64,000 bases of DNA, taken from NCBI GenBank assembly GCA_024679065.1, contig JAGIQG010000016.1:2108001-2172000 (forward strand), written 5' to 3'. This stretch comes from Sphyrna mokarran (taxonomy: Eukaryota). The position numbers and the translations under genes were made by a program. The notes beneath the pieces were generated by a model, which ran no database searches, was not told where the DNA came from, and saw nothing but the letters and a program-made list of their open reading frames with translations. Shown piece after piece: positions 11,470-23,890 of the stretch (position 1 is its first letter; each line of letters begins with the position of its first letter).

Positions 11470-13690
11470 CTATGGAGTCATAGTCATACAGATTAATAGC
11501 ATAGAAACAGAACTTTCAGCCCAACTTGTCCATGCTGCCCTTTTTTTTAAACTCCTAAGCTAGTGCCAATTGCCCGCATTTGCCCATATCCCTCTATACC
11601 CATCTTACCAGTGTAACTGTCTAAATGCTTTTTAAAAGACAAATTGTATCCCCTCTACCTTTGACAACTTGTCCCAGACACTCACCACCCTCTGAGTGAA
11701 AAAGTTGCCCCTCTGGATACTTTTGTAACTCATTCCTCTCACCTTAAATCTATGCTCAATAGTTTTAGACTCCCCTACCTTTGGGAAAAGATATTGACTA
11801 TGTAACTCATCTGTGCCCCTCATTATTTTATAGACCTCTATAAGATCATCCATCAACCTGCTAGCTGCAGAGAAAAAAGTCCTAGTCTATCCAGCCTCTT
11901 TTTATAACTCAATCCGTCAAGTCCCGGTAGCATCCAAGTAAATCTTTTCTGCACTTTTTCTAGTTTAATAATAGTCTTTCTATAATAGGGTGACTAGAAC
12001 TGTACTCAGTATTCCAAGCGTAGCCTTACCAATATCTTGTACAACTTCAAAAGATGTCACTACTGCTGTATGTAATGTTCTGACCAACGAAACGAAGTAT
12101 CTTGAATGTCTTCTTCACCATTCTGTCCACCTGTGACTCCACTTTCAATGAGCCATGAGCCTGTACCCGTAGTTCTCTTTGCTCTGTAACTCTCCCCAAT
12201 GCCCTATACTCAACTGAGTAAGATTGATCCCTGATTTAATCTACCAAAATGCATTGCATTTATCTAAACTCCATTTGCCATTTGTCAATCCACTGGCCCA
12301 GTTGATCAAAATCCCGTTGCAATCTGAGATAACCTTCTTCACTGTCCACTATACCATCAATCTTGGTGTCATCTGTAAATTTACTAACCATACCTCCTAT
12401 ATTCTCATCCAAATCATTAATATAAATGACAAATAACAGTGGACCCAGCACTGATCCCTGAGGCCCGCCGCACAGGTCTTCAATTTGAAAAGCAACCCTG
12501 TACAATCACCTTCTGGCTTCTGTCATCAAGTTAATTTTGTATCCATTTAGCTACCTCACCCTGGATCCCCTGAGATTTAACTATGCAACAATCTACCATG
12601 CAGTGTCTTGTTAAAGGCCTTGCTAAAGTTCATGTTTTTGCCATTTCTGCTGCTAATCTCACAGTTTTAATTCTCTACTCTTCCACCTGAGTTTTCAATA
12701 CAACCGCACTGCTCTCATCCACCTTCCAACTTACCCCTTCAAAAACCTCAATCAAATTTGTAAGACATGATTTTCCACTCACAAAGCCATGCTAACTGTC
12801 CCTAATCAGTCCTTGCATCTGTAAATACCAATAGATCCTGTCTCTCAAAATATCTTCCAACTTACCCACCACAGATATGAGGGTTACTGTCCTGTAGTTT
12901 CCAGGTTTTCCCCTGCAGTGCTTTTTAAACAAAGGCACAACATTTGCTATCTCCAACCTTCAGGCACCTCATCTGTGACTCTCGATTCAAATATCTCGGC
13001 TAGGGGACCTGCAATTTCCTCCTTAGCCTCCCACAATGTCCTGGGATACACTTCATCTGGTCCCAGAGATTTATCTATCTTGATGCAATTTAAGCACCTC
13101 CTTCTCTGTAATATGTAATATGACATCATTATTTATTTCCCCAAATTCTCTAACATGCATGCTTTTCTCAATAGTAAATACTGATGAGAAATACTCATTT
13201 AGGATCTCATTTATCTCTTGTGAATCTGAACATAGATGACCATGTTGATCCTTTAGAAGGCCTGTCTTTCCGTTATTCATCTTTTGATCTTTATGTATTT
13301 GTAGAAGCTCTTTGGATTCTCCTTTGCTTTACCTGCCAAAACAATCTCATGTCCCTTTTTTGCCTTCCTGATTTCTCTCTGAACTCTACTCCTACACCTT
13401 CTATACTCTTCAAGAGATTCATTTGATCCCTGCTGCCTAGGCATGTCACGTGCCTCTTTCTTCTTCTTGACCAGGGCCTTAATATCCCGAGTCATCCAGG
13501 GTTCCCTACTTCTGCCAGCCTTGCCCTTCACTGTGAGAGGAATGTGTTTTCCCTGAACCCTGGTTAACACACTTATGAAAGCATGCCATTTACCTGATGT
13601 CCCTTTGCCTTCCCACAGACTCCCCCAATTAATTTTTTGAAAGTTCCTGCTTGATACCATCAAAATTGGCCTTGGCCCAATTTAGAATTT
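11470..13690 (-). mobile_element. Decayed CR1 LINE (ORF2 fragments)
   Basis: PQGSVLGPLLFVIYINDL, SKFTDDTK, DKSLGPDEVYPR, KENPKSFYKY split over several frames. Confidence 0.92.
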
Positions 13691-13739
13691 TAACTTTTGG
13701 CCAGACCTATATTCTGCATAGCTGCATTCTGGAGTTCAG

Positions 13740-14200
13740 CGTGTTGGCTTATGAAGAAACTAAGTAGATTGAGGATATACTCATTGGAATTCAGAAGAAT
13801 GAGAGAAGATCTTATAGAAACATATAAGATTATAAAGAGAATAGATGAGATAGAAGCAGGGAAGTTGTTTTCACTGGTACGTGAATCTAGAATTAGAGGC
13901 AATGGCCTCAAAATAAGTGGGGGCAGATTTAGAACTGAGGTGAGGAGGAACCTCTTCACACAAAGGATTGGGAATCTGTGGAATTCTCTGCCCAGCTGAA
14001 GCAGCTGAGGGTACTTCATTATATATTTTTAAGGCAAAGATAGATAAATTTTTGAACAGTAAAGGAATTAAGGGTTATGGTGAGCGTGCAGGTAAGTGGA
14101 GTTGAGTCAACAAAAAGATCAGCCATGATCTTATTGAATGGCAGAGAAGGCTCGAGAGGCCAGATGGCTTACTCCTGCTCCCTGTTCCTATGTTCTTATG
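13740..14200 (+). mobile_element. CR1 3' fragment
   Basis: LYSLEFRRMREDLIETYK-like peptide; GTTCCTATGTTCTTATG tail. Confidence 0.85.
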
Positions 14201-14353
14201 TCTTTCAGAGTGTGGGAGGAAACCGGAGCATCTGGAGGAAACCCATGCAGACATGGGAAGAATGTACAAACTCCACACACAAATGACCCAAGCTGGGAAT
14301 CAAACCTGGGTCCCTGGCACTGTGAGGTAGCAGTGCTAACCACTGTGCCACCC
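14201..14353 (-). mobile_element. tRNA-derived SINE 5' part
   Basis: Minus strand GGTGGCACAGTGGTTAGCACTG (A box) and GGTTTGATTCCC (B box). Confidence 0.8.
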
Positions 14354-14359
14354 TAAAGA

Positions 14360-15790
14360 CATATTTAAACAGATTTCTGCAAGTCCTTTAAGTATCAGGT
14401 GTTCACCCTTCCTGACTGTCCTCATCACTACTCCCAATGTTTACTTTGATCTTTGTCATTTTAAATAGACATTCACTTTTCAGTTCCAATTTCCGAAGTT
14501 CAAATTCTCTCTCTTTTTCCCTTTCCTCTCTCTCTTTCACTTTTTATTCTGCCACAGTTATCCTTTTCCTATTGACTGTAGCTCAAGTGGTTTTATTTCT
14601 TTTTCTTATTGCAATTCCAACTGTTTCAGTTCTCTTGCTCTCTGTTCTATTGCAATTGTCTCTCTCTCCCTCTTTTGCTTCTCTGTTTTTCTTTTGCTTC
14701 TAATTCAATCTTTTTCTTTCATAACTGAATTCAAGCCATTTCTAATGATTCTGACTATGTTTCTGGCAATGTTGAGTACTGAGCTATTGCTGCAATTATT
14801 TCTCTCTTCCATCGCCATTCAGGCAATGTCAACTGCAGCTTATTTGTCGATTCCAAAATTTTTGCTTCAACCACCTTTTGTAAACCACACAGAGTGATTT
14901 CCACATCCAGGAAACTTTTGGCCACTCAACGAGCTATTATTCTGCAAGGTATATATAAACTAACCAAATGCAAACCTGAAAAGAAAACACAAATACTCAC
15001 CACTTTTTGTTTTTGAGTCCAATAATCTTAATCCTAACAAGGAATTATACATGTTAATCCCACAAAAGCTCCCAATTTGTTAGGGACCTGATCAGAAACT
15101 CAAAGATACGTTATGAAGTTAGCCTAGATTCCAACCCTTTTATGATTCTGGCATTAGTGTGAGGATCAGGTGTTTCACTCCAGGAATGATTCAAGGGACC
15201 CACGAGGAAGTTTTTACTCAAACAAACTTTATTAAACAAAACAGTTAAAATATAATGAAAATAGTTAAGATAACTTTTACCAATTGAAATATTTCAACAT
15301 GAGAAAGTACAATTCTTTACTGCTAACTATCTCTATAGTTCCAATTTAAGCAATATCCACACAAATATAAATCACTGATCAGAATCAGTTAGCACAAACA
15401 TTAGATTTCTAAGCTTTTAACACCTTTGGACAGAGGTGCAGAATGACACCTGTCTCCTGACGCCTATCTAGCAACCTTCATGGAAAGATCTATCTTCAGA
15501 GCTTCAGAGAAATAGACCTATTTTCTGGCAAGCCCTGGACTCCAATCATCAGAGAGAGAAAGAGAGAGATATAGAGAGCTTTTTCTTTCTGAAGGTCCCA
15601 AGTAGCAACTGTGTTTATTCCTCCTTTAGAGCCTAACCTTGCCAGTCACATGATTTTTCCTGTCAATTAACCTAATCAAAACTCACTCTGAAAAACACCA
15701 CGAGAATTACTAAAATAATAACACTGCATTAGCCCAGATTTAAACAAACACTCCAGCAATTAGGATCAATTATCTTCTGCAGTAGCAACA
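14360..15790 (-). mobile_element. LTR element remnant: probable LTR 15790-15078, PBS-like site and decayed gag-like leader
   Basis: Minus strand TGTTGC...CTAACA followed by AATTGGGAGCT (PBS-like), then purine-rich coiled-coil-like sequence. Confidence 0.5.
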
Positions 15791-16234
15791 TGTGGGTTGT
15801 TGGTTATAGACAAAGTGTAAATCGACCTGCCTTCTCGATAGAATTCTGCTCAGGAAATATAACACAAATACATTTGATAAAGGCAAAGTATCGATGCATA
15901 AACAAGACTGAGAATTAGGGATCAAAAGTATTTTATGAAAAATTGAAGCAACGTATGATAAAATGTAAAATGATGAGGAAATTGTTTTGACCTGGACTAA
16001 TTCAGCTCCAAACATGCTTTCCTGAACTCTATAATTTGCAATGATCTTTCTGTAAATATTCACTTTGAATGACAGAATAAGAATTGCCTCAAGTACACAG
16101 CCAGCAATATGAAAAACAATTCCTTTTTATTTAATATCTGAGCATTGTAAAACATCAAAATTAACTTCAAAGACACATGATAAAGAAAACTTAATTAATG
16201 CTGATGCTTTGATGCAGTACCGAGAGAGTGCTGC

Positions 16235-16370
16235 ATGATGTTGAGATGCCAGCGTTGGGCTGAGGTAAAACACAAAAAAATCCCACAACACCAGTTTAAA
16301 ATCCAAACAGGTTTATTTGTAGCAAACGCCACAAGCTTTCGGGACAGCCTGTCCCTTCGTCAGGTGGCTG
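16235..16370 (-). mobile_element. Single Penelope-like terminal fragment with hammerhead-like core
   Basis: Minus strand CCTGACGAAGGGACAGGCTGTCCCGAAAGCTTGTG...AATAAACCTGTT...GGCATCTCAACATCA, homologous to the palindrome arms. Confidence 0.7.
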
Positions 16371-16950
16371 GGAATGTTGCATGTCAGAGAGTCAGTACTG
16401 AGTGAGTGCTGTACTGTCAGAGCATTAGAAATGAGGGAGTGCTGCACTGTCAAAGGGTCAATACTAAAGGAGTGCCGCACTGTCAGATGGTCTTTATTGA
16501 AGTTGTGCTGCACATCAGAGAATTAATACTGAGGCAGTATCGCACAGTCAGAAAGTCAGTGCTGAGGGAGCGCCGCACTGTCAGAGGATCAGTGCTGAGG
16601 GAGTGCCGCACTATCAGAGGGTCAGTGCTGAGGGAGTGCAGCACTGTCAGAGGAGCAGTGCGGAGGGAGTGCCGTACTGTCAGAGGATCAGTGCTGAGGG
16701 AGTGCAGCACTGTTGGAGGATCAGTGCCGAGGGAGTGCCGTACTGTCAGAGAGTCAGTACTGAGGGAGTGCCGCATTGTCAGAGGATCAGTGCTGAAGGA
16801 GTGCAGCACTGTTGGAGGATCAGTGCTGAGGGAGTGCTGTACTGTCAGAGAGTCAGTACTGACGGAGTGCCGCACTGTCAGAGGATCAGTGCTGAGGGAG
16901 TGCCACATTGTTGGAGGATCAGAACTGAGGTAGTTCTGCAGCCTCAGAGA
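16371..16950 (+). repeat. 33-bp satellite (CACTGTCAGAGGGTCAGTGCTGAGGGAGTGCCG), array 1
   Basis: Tandem 33-mers giving spurious RECRTVRGSVL ORFs. Confidence 0.93.
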
Positions 16951-17751
16951 GTCACAGTGACCACCAATTCATAAGCATTTCATTGGCTGTGAAGCATTTT
17001 GGGATGTCCTGATGTGGTGAAAAAGGCTAGGGAAGTGCAAATCTTGCTTTTTTATAAATCAGGCAACTGAATGTGTTCTAAGAGCAAATGCCCTTAAATT
17101 CAGTCAAAGAGGATGTTCCCAAGGAGCATCTTAATGAAGGGAAGAAGAGGGAGAGGTTCAGGATGTAGAGTTTTTTTTTGAGGAGGGGATTGATGAAAGT
17201 TGATTTGAAAGAGAGAGAGATGACACACAACAAGGGCTGACATGGAAACCAGGAGGGGAAGTTGTGCAGTCAACAATTTACTGGGAAAAGTATCGAGGGA
17301 ACAGGAGTTGGCCCTCATGGACAAGGTGTGTTTAGAGAGCGAATGAGAGGAGAGTGAAGACAACTGTGGAAATATGAGAATTCAGGGCTACGGCTGGAGT
17401 GGGATGGGGATGGGGAAGTTTGGGCTAATGGGCTGGTGAATGGGAGGGAATGGGATTGAATTTGTCCGTTCTGTCCTGGTGGATCATCGATCAATGCTGA
17501 AAGACATTTCCAATCAGAATGGAGAGGAGGAGTTTTCTAGCAGCGAGGAACAACCTGAAGGAAGAGAGACAAACTGAAATACAGAGAATTATCTCAGAGA
17601 GATCATTTCAAAGATATCAGATTATAACAAGAGCTTTAAAGCTGGTTTAGAGACTGAGACCCTGTGAATTTTTGGAAAGTAAGTGGAAGTTTTGAATGAT
17701 TCTCAAGCTCTTTGTTCTCACCACACTGCGGGTGTCTCTTTCTCACTCAGT

Positions 17752-17868
17752 TTATATATTCCCATAAATAGCATCCTGAGAAAAGTCACGGTTTGCATAA
17801 AAATCATCTTCTGGATCAAAACTGAGGCTGTGTTTAGATTCCATTTCCAGAACCTTCCCTTCTTTCAT
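17752..17868 (-). CDS. Siglec-like receptor A, last coding exon: MKEGKVLEMESKHSLSFDPEDDFYANRDFSQDAIYGNI*
   Basis: TTTCTATTACAG acceptor; phase 0; TAA at 17754-17752; same length and frame as paralogous exon 60737-60621. Confidence 0.88.
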   Translation of the reverse strand: MKEGKVLEMESKHSLSFDPEDDFYANRDFSQDAIYGNI

Positions 17869-17929
17869 CTGTAATAGAAACAGAAAGGATCAGAAAGATA
17901 ATCAGAGTGCTATGTGTTTACTATAATTG

Positions 17930-18085
17930 ATCTGAATTAAAAATTCCACTAGACATTAATAGTTGATACTGAAGAGTGTTTGATTATTGACATTGAACAG
18001 GGTTTAATTATTGATACTGAATGGAGTTTAATTATTGATACTGAGCGGGGTTTAATTAATTATACTGAACAGGGATTGATTTGTG
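17930..18085. repeat. Degenerate 24-bp minisatellite (TTAATTATTGATACTGAACAGGGT) in last intron of receptor A
   Basis: About 6 imperfect units; positional homologue of 60830-61160. Confidence 0.7.
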
Positions 18086-18639
18086 ATGTTAGTGTACCTT
18101 TAAGAGTTGTTTTTAATTCATGGTCACAGCTTTAGATGATGTCATTACTGGAAGAATAAATAATGGGCAGGTCAGGTGTTAAGAGATTTTTCAGGTTTTA
18201 CTTTGAGTTCTGGCTTGTAGTGTTAGAAGCGTAGCTGAACAAAGTCTCTCTGTTGTTATTGTGAAGATTTTACCAGTTAGCTGAAAGCACAGCTTATTGT
18301 ATCGTGGAGTAAAGAATCTGCATTTTTGTGTTTTGGGGAGCTGATCTAAATGCAAACTACTCTGAGTTTTCGAGATCATTTGAAATTAGCATTCAACCAA
18401 TCGAACTGAATTCCAGTATCAAGTGAGCCTGAGCTTGTGCAGTGATAAATCAGTGATAAAGGGTTTTGATTGGAACATCTGATATATATTATTATGGATT
18501 ATACATTAGTGATATTGTTTTATTTTTGTTTGTAATTGATTAAAGTTCTTGTTCATTTTCTTACTATACTTGAAACCTATATTCTTAAATATAATTTAAA
18601 ACTATATTTTTTGTTTGATAAATGCTCCCTCGTGAATCT

Positions 18640-19280
18640 TTGACAGTGCTGTATCATCAGGTCAGTACTGTGGGAGTGCCGCACTGTCAGAGGGTCAGTG
18701 CTGAGGGAGTGCCGCACTGTCAGAGGGTCAGTGCTGAGGGAGTGCCGCACTGTCAGAGGGTCAGTGCTGAGGGAGTGCCGCACTGTCAGAGGGTCAGTGC
18801 TGACGGAGTGCCACACTGTCAGAGGGTCAGTGCTGAGGGAGTGCCGCACTGTCAGAGGGTCAGTGCTGAGGGAGTGCCGCACTGTCAGAGGGTCAGTGCT
18901 GAGGGAGTGCCTCACTGTCAGAGGGTCAGTGCTGAGGGAGTGCCGCACTGTCAGAGGGTCAGTGCTGAGGGAGTGCCGCACTGTCAGAGGGTCAGTGCTG
19001 AGGAAGTGCCGCACTGTCAGAGGATCAGTGCTGAGGGAGGGCCGCACTGTCAGCAGGTCAGTGCTGAGGCAGTGTTGCACTGTCAGAGGGTCAGTGCTGA
19101 GGGAGTGCCGCACTGTCAGAGGGTCAGTGCTGAGGGAGTGCCTCACTGTCAGAGGATCAGTGCTGAGGGACTGCCACACTGTCAGAGGTTCAGTATTAAG
19201 GGAATGCCACACTATTAGAGGATCAGTGCTGAGGGAGTACTGCATTGTTAGAGAGTCAGTATTGAGGGAGTGCTGCACTG
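18640..19280 (+). repeat. 33-bp satellite, array 2 (highly homogeneous, about 19 copies)
   Basis: Tandem 33-mers. Confidence 0.95.
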
Positions 19281-19557
19281 AAGTGAAACAAATCACATTC
19301 ATCCTAACCAAATTCAGTGTAAAAAGCTTATGATTTATAAAAATTTTGACATTTCTGCTCTGTTCCATAGCATATTATTAAGACTAAATGGGATTGGTTT
19401 TGACTATTTTTTCTGTTAAGAAGTGATTCCTGACATTGAGTCAGTGTTAATTTTAAACTTCAGACATTTTTTGCTGGACTGCCCACTCTACAGGAAATGA
19501 TTTCTATCTATTTTCATATTATTTGAGGAAATGTATTCCAGTCAATGTATTACTCAC

Positions 19558-19642
19558 CAAGGAGTCGTCCAGTTGTTTGCCTGACGAAGCATTTCTGACA
19601 CCCTTTTCTTGGGCTGAACGGCCTCTTCCTGTGCTGCTCCCT
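19558..19642 (-). CDS. Siglec-like receptor A, cytoplasmic exon (85 nt): (K)GSSTGRGRSAQEKGVRNASSGKQLDDSL
   Basis: TACAG acceptor (alternative in-frame AG 6 nt upstream), GTGAGT donor; phases 2/0 bridge TM and last exon; same size as 61696-61612. Confidence 0.85.
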
Positions 19643-21254
19643 CTGTATCTTTAATTAGAAAGGATGTATATGTCATTGTGAGTCAAACTGGCATAGAGGA
19701 ACAAGTGAGGAAATATCATCCTGCTGAACGGAAAGCTTTTATTTTTTTTTTAATGGATAAACTGTTAACCTTTTGTGTCCTGATGTGGTGTGGTGATTTC
19801 AGTGCAAAACTGGGCAGTCGTTGGTGGAGTTTCTGTCCAGTCTTAATCCAGAGGCTAAAGTGGATCTTCTAAAGGAGCAGATGTTGCTCAGAACTCTTTG
19901 AAAATGTCAGGAATTGGAGATCGTGCAAGAAGGGCTGGAAGAAAACAGATGAGAAAGGGAAGTGGGGGGAGGTGGTGGGGGTGGGAGATAGAGGGAATGA
20001 ATCAGACAGAAAAAGAGAAAGAAAAAGAATAAGACAAGAGAGAGAGTGTGAAATTCTAATACCAGAATTGCCACCGTAATAAATCATGTCAGAAATCTGT
20101 GTTCTCATTCGGTAAAGTGTAGCTTGGTCTTCTGGACAGAATTGTGTTAGTAGTGTGACTGCATGTACAAGTTATAGTACTTTATGGTTATGGGTATCTT
20201 TTCTGGTTTGGTTAAGAAGCTGGGTGTTGGAATAAGTGGGACATTCTCAATTGGCAAGCTTTGACTGCTGTAGTGACACATTGATCAGCGCTGGGGCCTC
20301 AGCTATTTAAAGTCTATAATAGTGACTTAGATGAAGAGTCACAGAGCAATGTATCTAGGTTTGCTGATGATACAAAGCTAGTGGGAATGTGGGGTTGGTG
20401 TTTATGGTCTTGCTCACCCTGAAACCATAATATCCCACCCAACTCAATGGATTTTTTCATTGTCCACCCCTGGCCCATTCCGATTCCTGTGGTAAAATTC
20501 TGTCCGTAAGCTCTGGGGAGGACACAGAGAGACCGTAGGCAACTTCAGAGCAGCTCAGTTCCTCTTTTGCATAAATATTGCAATTAGGAACAATGGGAGA
20601 CAATTCAGATGCATTGAATCGTGAAGGGAAAGATAAATGCTGCAAGCTGTCCAAAAACAAATAGGCTATCAGTTGAAGGCTTGTTAGCCTACACTGTAAA
20701 ATTGAATGAAAACAAAGGACATCAAAGGATTTCCAAGGTTTATATTTTCTAGGAAGGCTCAGACTCTGGGAATATATGTATATTACAAAAATGAGACTGA
20801 GCGAGCAGCAGTAGAAAAAGGAATTTCCACATAAGAGAGTGAGTGACTTCTCCTGTCAGTGAGAGGAGTTAAACAGGGTTTTTTCACACCTGCAGAATGG
20901 AATGCTACTGTAATTTGGAAGCCTACCAAGTGCCCAGGGAACATGGAGATTAAGGTGACCAGGCCACTTCAAAATTTTCACAGTACACGAGCGGATGCAG
21001 GGGCAGGGTGGGGGGATGGGGGGTGGGGGGGGGGGGGGGGGGGGGGGGGGGTGGTGATGGGAGATAACTGCAGTGTGATTGGGGCCCACTGTCAGGCAGC
21101 AGTGAAGTGCGGCCTTTGGATGACAGAGCTGACTTAACAGGGCCATTTGACTGAATCTTCCTGTTTCTTGTGTTCTGGCTCTTACCCTCTGAAAGTTTGG
21201 CCCTACCCCTAAGTGCACATTACTAGGGATGAGGTTATCAGCTCAGGAATTTGA

Positions 21255-22460
21255 TTTTGATTTGACTTAATATTGTCACTTGTATTAGTATACAATGAAA
21301 CAAAAACATTGTTCCTTGTATGCTATACAGACAGTGTATACTGTACAGACAGAGTATACTGTTCATAGAGAAGAAAAGGAGAGAGTGCAGAAAGTAATGT
21401 TACAGTCATTGCTAGAGTATGGAGAAAGATTAACTTAATGCAAAATAGGTCCTTTTGAAAGTCTGACGGCAGCAGGGAAGAAGCTGCACTGGAGTCAGTT
21501 GGTATGTGATCTCAGGCTTTTGTATCTTTTTCTCGACAGAAGAAGGTGGAAGAGAGAATGCATGGGGTGCGAGGGGTCCTTAATTATGCTGACTGCTTTT
21601 CCAAGACAACAGGAAGTCAATGGATGGCAGGCTGATTTGCATAATGGATTGGGCTACATTCACGATTTTTTGTGGTTTCTTGCGGTTTTGGACAGAGCAA
21701 AAGCCATACAAGCTATGATACAACCAGAAAGAATGCTTTCTGTGTTGCGTCTGTAAAAGTTGGTGAGAGTTGTAGTCGATATGCCAAATTTCCTTAGTCT
21801 TCTGAAAAAGTACAGGCACTGGTAGGTTTTCTTGACTATCGTGTTGGCATTGGAGGAACCAGAACAGGTTGTTGATGATCTGGATAACAAAATACTTATA
21901 ACTTTTAACCCTTTCTCATTCGTCCCCACTGATGTAGATAGGAGCGTGATTTCCACTACGCTTCCTGAAGTCAATGACAATCTGTTTTGTTGACATTGAG
22001 GGAGAGATTATTATCGTCACACAAGTTCACCAGATTCTCTATCTCATTCCTCTCTGTCTCATCATTGTTTGATATCCGACCCACAAACTTGAAAATCGAG
22101 TTTGAGGGGAATTTGGTCACACAGTCATAGGCATATAAAGAATATAGTAGGGTGGCTGAGAATACATCTTTGTGGGGCACCGTTTTGAGGATGATTGTGG
22201 AGGAGGTGTTGTTGCCTATCCTTATTGATACTAGTCTGTGGGTTAGGAAGTTCGGGTTCCAGTCGCAGACGAAGGAGCCGAAGCCCAGGCCACAGAGTTT
22301 GGAGATGAGTTTGTAGGCATAATGGCATTGAAGGTTGAGTTGTAGTCAACAAATAGGAGTTTGACATAGGTGTCTTTGTTATCTAAGTGTTCCGGAGTTG
22401 AGTGCAGAGCCAGGGAGATGATGTCTGCTGTGGACCTGTTGCTACACTAGGTGAACTGAA
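21255..22460 (-). mobile_element. Decayed Rex1/Babar-like LINE
   Basis: VKKTYQCLYFFRRLRKFG, TESILSGCII, NNLSLNVNKT peptides; AATCAA-type tail. Confidence 0.8.
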
Positions 22461-22920
22461 AGGAGCAAAAGATTTGTATTTGTTTAGCACCTTTCACAAC
22501 CTCAGTCCTAAAGCACTATACAATCCAGGAGTGCTACACTATCAGACCAGACACTAAACCAAGGCCCAGTCTGCGCTCTCTGGTAGATGTGAAGATCTGC
22601 TGGACACCTAGGGGAAGAACAAGGGCAATTCTCCAGAGTGACCTAGAACCAGTCTATATCCTTCAGTATCCTTCAGAATACCAAGCTAGCCAAAGACAGA
22701 TAATCTGTTGGCTGTTTGTGAAAGCTTGTGTGCTCAGTCAGGCTGCCCCATTTTTAACATGACAACACTTTCAAACTATTTAGTTCACTCTAAATTGTGT
22801 ATGGGGGCGGTGGTCACGAATTGTGCAAGGTGCTGTAGAATTGCAAGATTTCTTTAGGGAGAGAGCTGTGAGGTAAGAGATGACTAAGATAACAATCAGA
22901 AATTAGATCCTCGCACTTAC

Positions 22921-23017
22921 TTTTTTACATACTTGAAGATGATGAATCCAATCAGTTCAACACACAAAGTGATTCCAGCTCCAAGCAATCCTACTTTCCA
23001 CTGATTGGAGGCTGCAA
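22921..23017 (-). CDS. Siglec-like receptor A, transmembrane exon (97 nt): VAASNQWKVGLLGAGITLCVELIGFIIFKYVK
   Basis: TTACAG acceptor, GTAAGT donor, phases 1/2; hydrophobic helix with basic stop-transfer; same size as 62621-62525. Confidence 0.9.
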
Positions 23018-23099
23018 CTGTAACAGTCAAAGAACAACTGTGGTTCAGTGTTTTAAAATGGGCTGGAGGGGTCGGAGGTTGTCACTGAATAAGCATTAT

Positions 23100-23890
23100 T
23101 GGTCAGTACGAGGAAATGCTGTTTGGTTAGTAGGTCAGTATCAAGGGAATGCTGCACTGTTGCAGCGACAGCACCAAGGGAATGCTGCATTATTGTCGGG
23201 TCAGTACTGAGGAAGTGTTGCACAGTCGCAAGGTCAGTACTGAGTCAGCGCCGCACTGTTGCATATCAGTATTGAGGGAGTGCTGCATTGTCGCAGGGTC
23301 GAGACTGAGTGAGCGTTGCACTGTCGTGGGGTCAGTATTGAGGAAGTGCCGCACTGTTAGAGAGTCAATACCAAGGGAATGCCACACTGTCAGAGGATCA
23401 ATACTGAGGGAGTGGTGCATTGTCAGATGGTCAGTACTGAGGGAGTGTCGCATTGTCAGAGAGTCAGTGCTGAGGGAGTGCCGCGTTGTCAGAGAATCAG
23501 TACTGAGGGAGTGCCACACTGTCAGAGGGTCAGTACTGAGGATGTGCCACACTGTTAGAGGGTCAGTGCTGAGGGAGTGCTGCACTGTCAGAGGGTCAGT
23601 ACTGAGGGAGTGTCGCATTGTCAGAGGATCAATACCGAGGGAGTGCTGCACTGTCAAAGGATCAGTACTGAGGAAGTGCTGCACTCTCAGAGAGTCAGTA
23701 CTGAGGGAGTGCTGCACTGTCGGAGGGTCAGTACTGAGAGAGTGCCACACTGTCAAAGGATCAGTGCTGAGGGAGTGCTGCACTCTCAGAGAGTCAGTGC
23801 TGAGGGAGTGCTGCACTGTCAGAGGGTCAGTGCTGAGGGAGTGCTGCACTGTCAGAGGGTCAGTACTGAGGGTATGCTACACTGTCAGAT
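23100..23890 (+). repeat. 33-bp satellite, array 3
   Basis: Tandem 33-mers, more diverged at the left end. Confidence 0.93.

Noticed and set aside
14290-14353. tRNA-like A/B boxes here and at 26720, 51480 and 63900 as tRNA genes
   Set aside because: Each continues into a SINE body; no intact cloverleaf
17683-17874. Plus-strand ORF conserved with 60561-60743
   Set aside because: Antisense shadow of the paralogous last exons; starts are non-ATG
18577-19368. Long ORFs (263, 211, 198 aa) and similar ones at 16.4, 23.1, 46.0 and 60.8 kb
   Set aside because: Stop-free frames produced by tandem repeat units; no splice or domain support
21001-21052. Long G run giving a poly-Pro/poly-Gly ORF
   Set aside because: Intronic homopolymer whose length is unreliable
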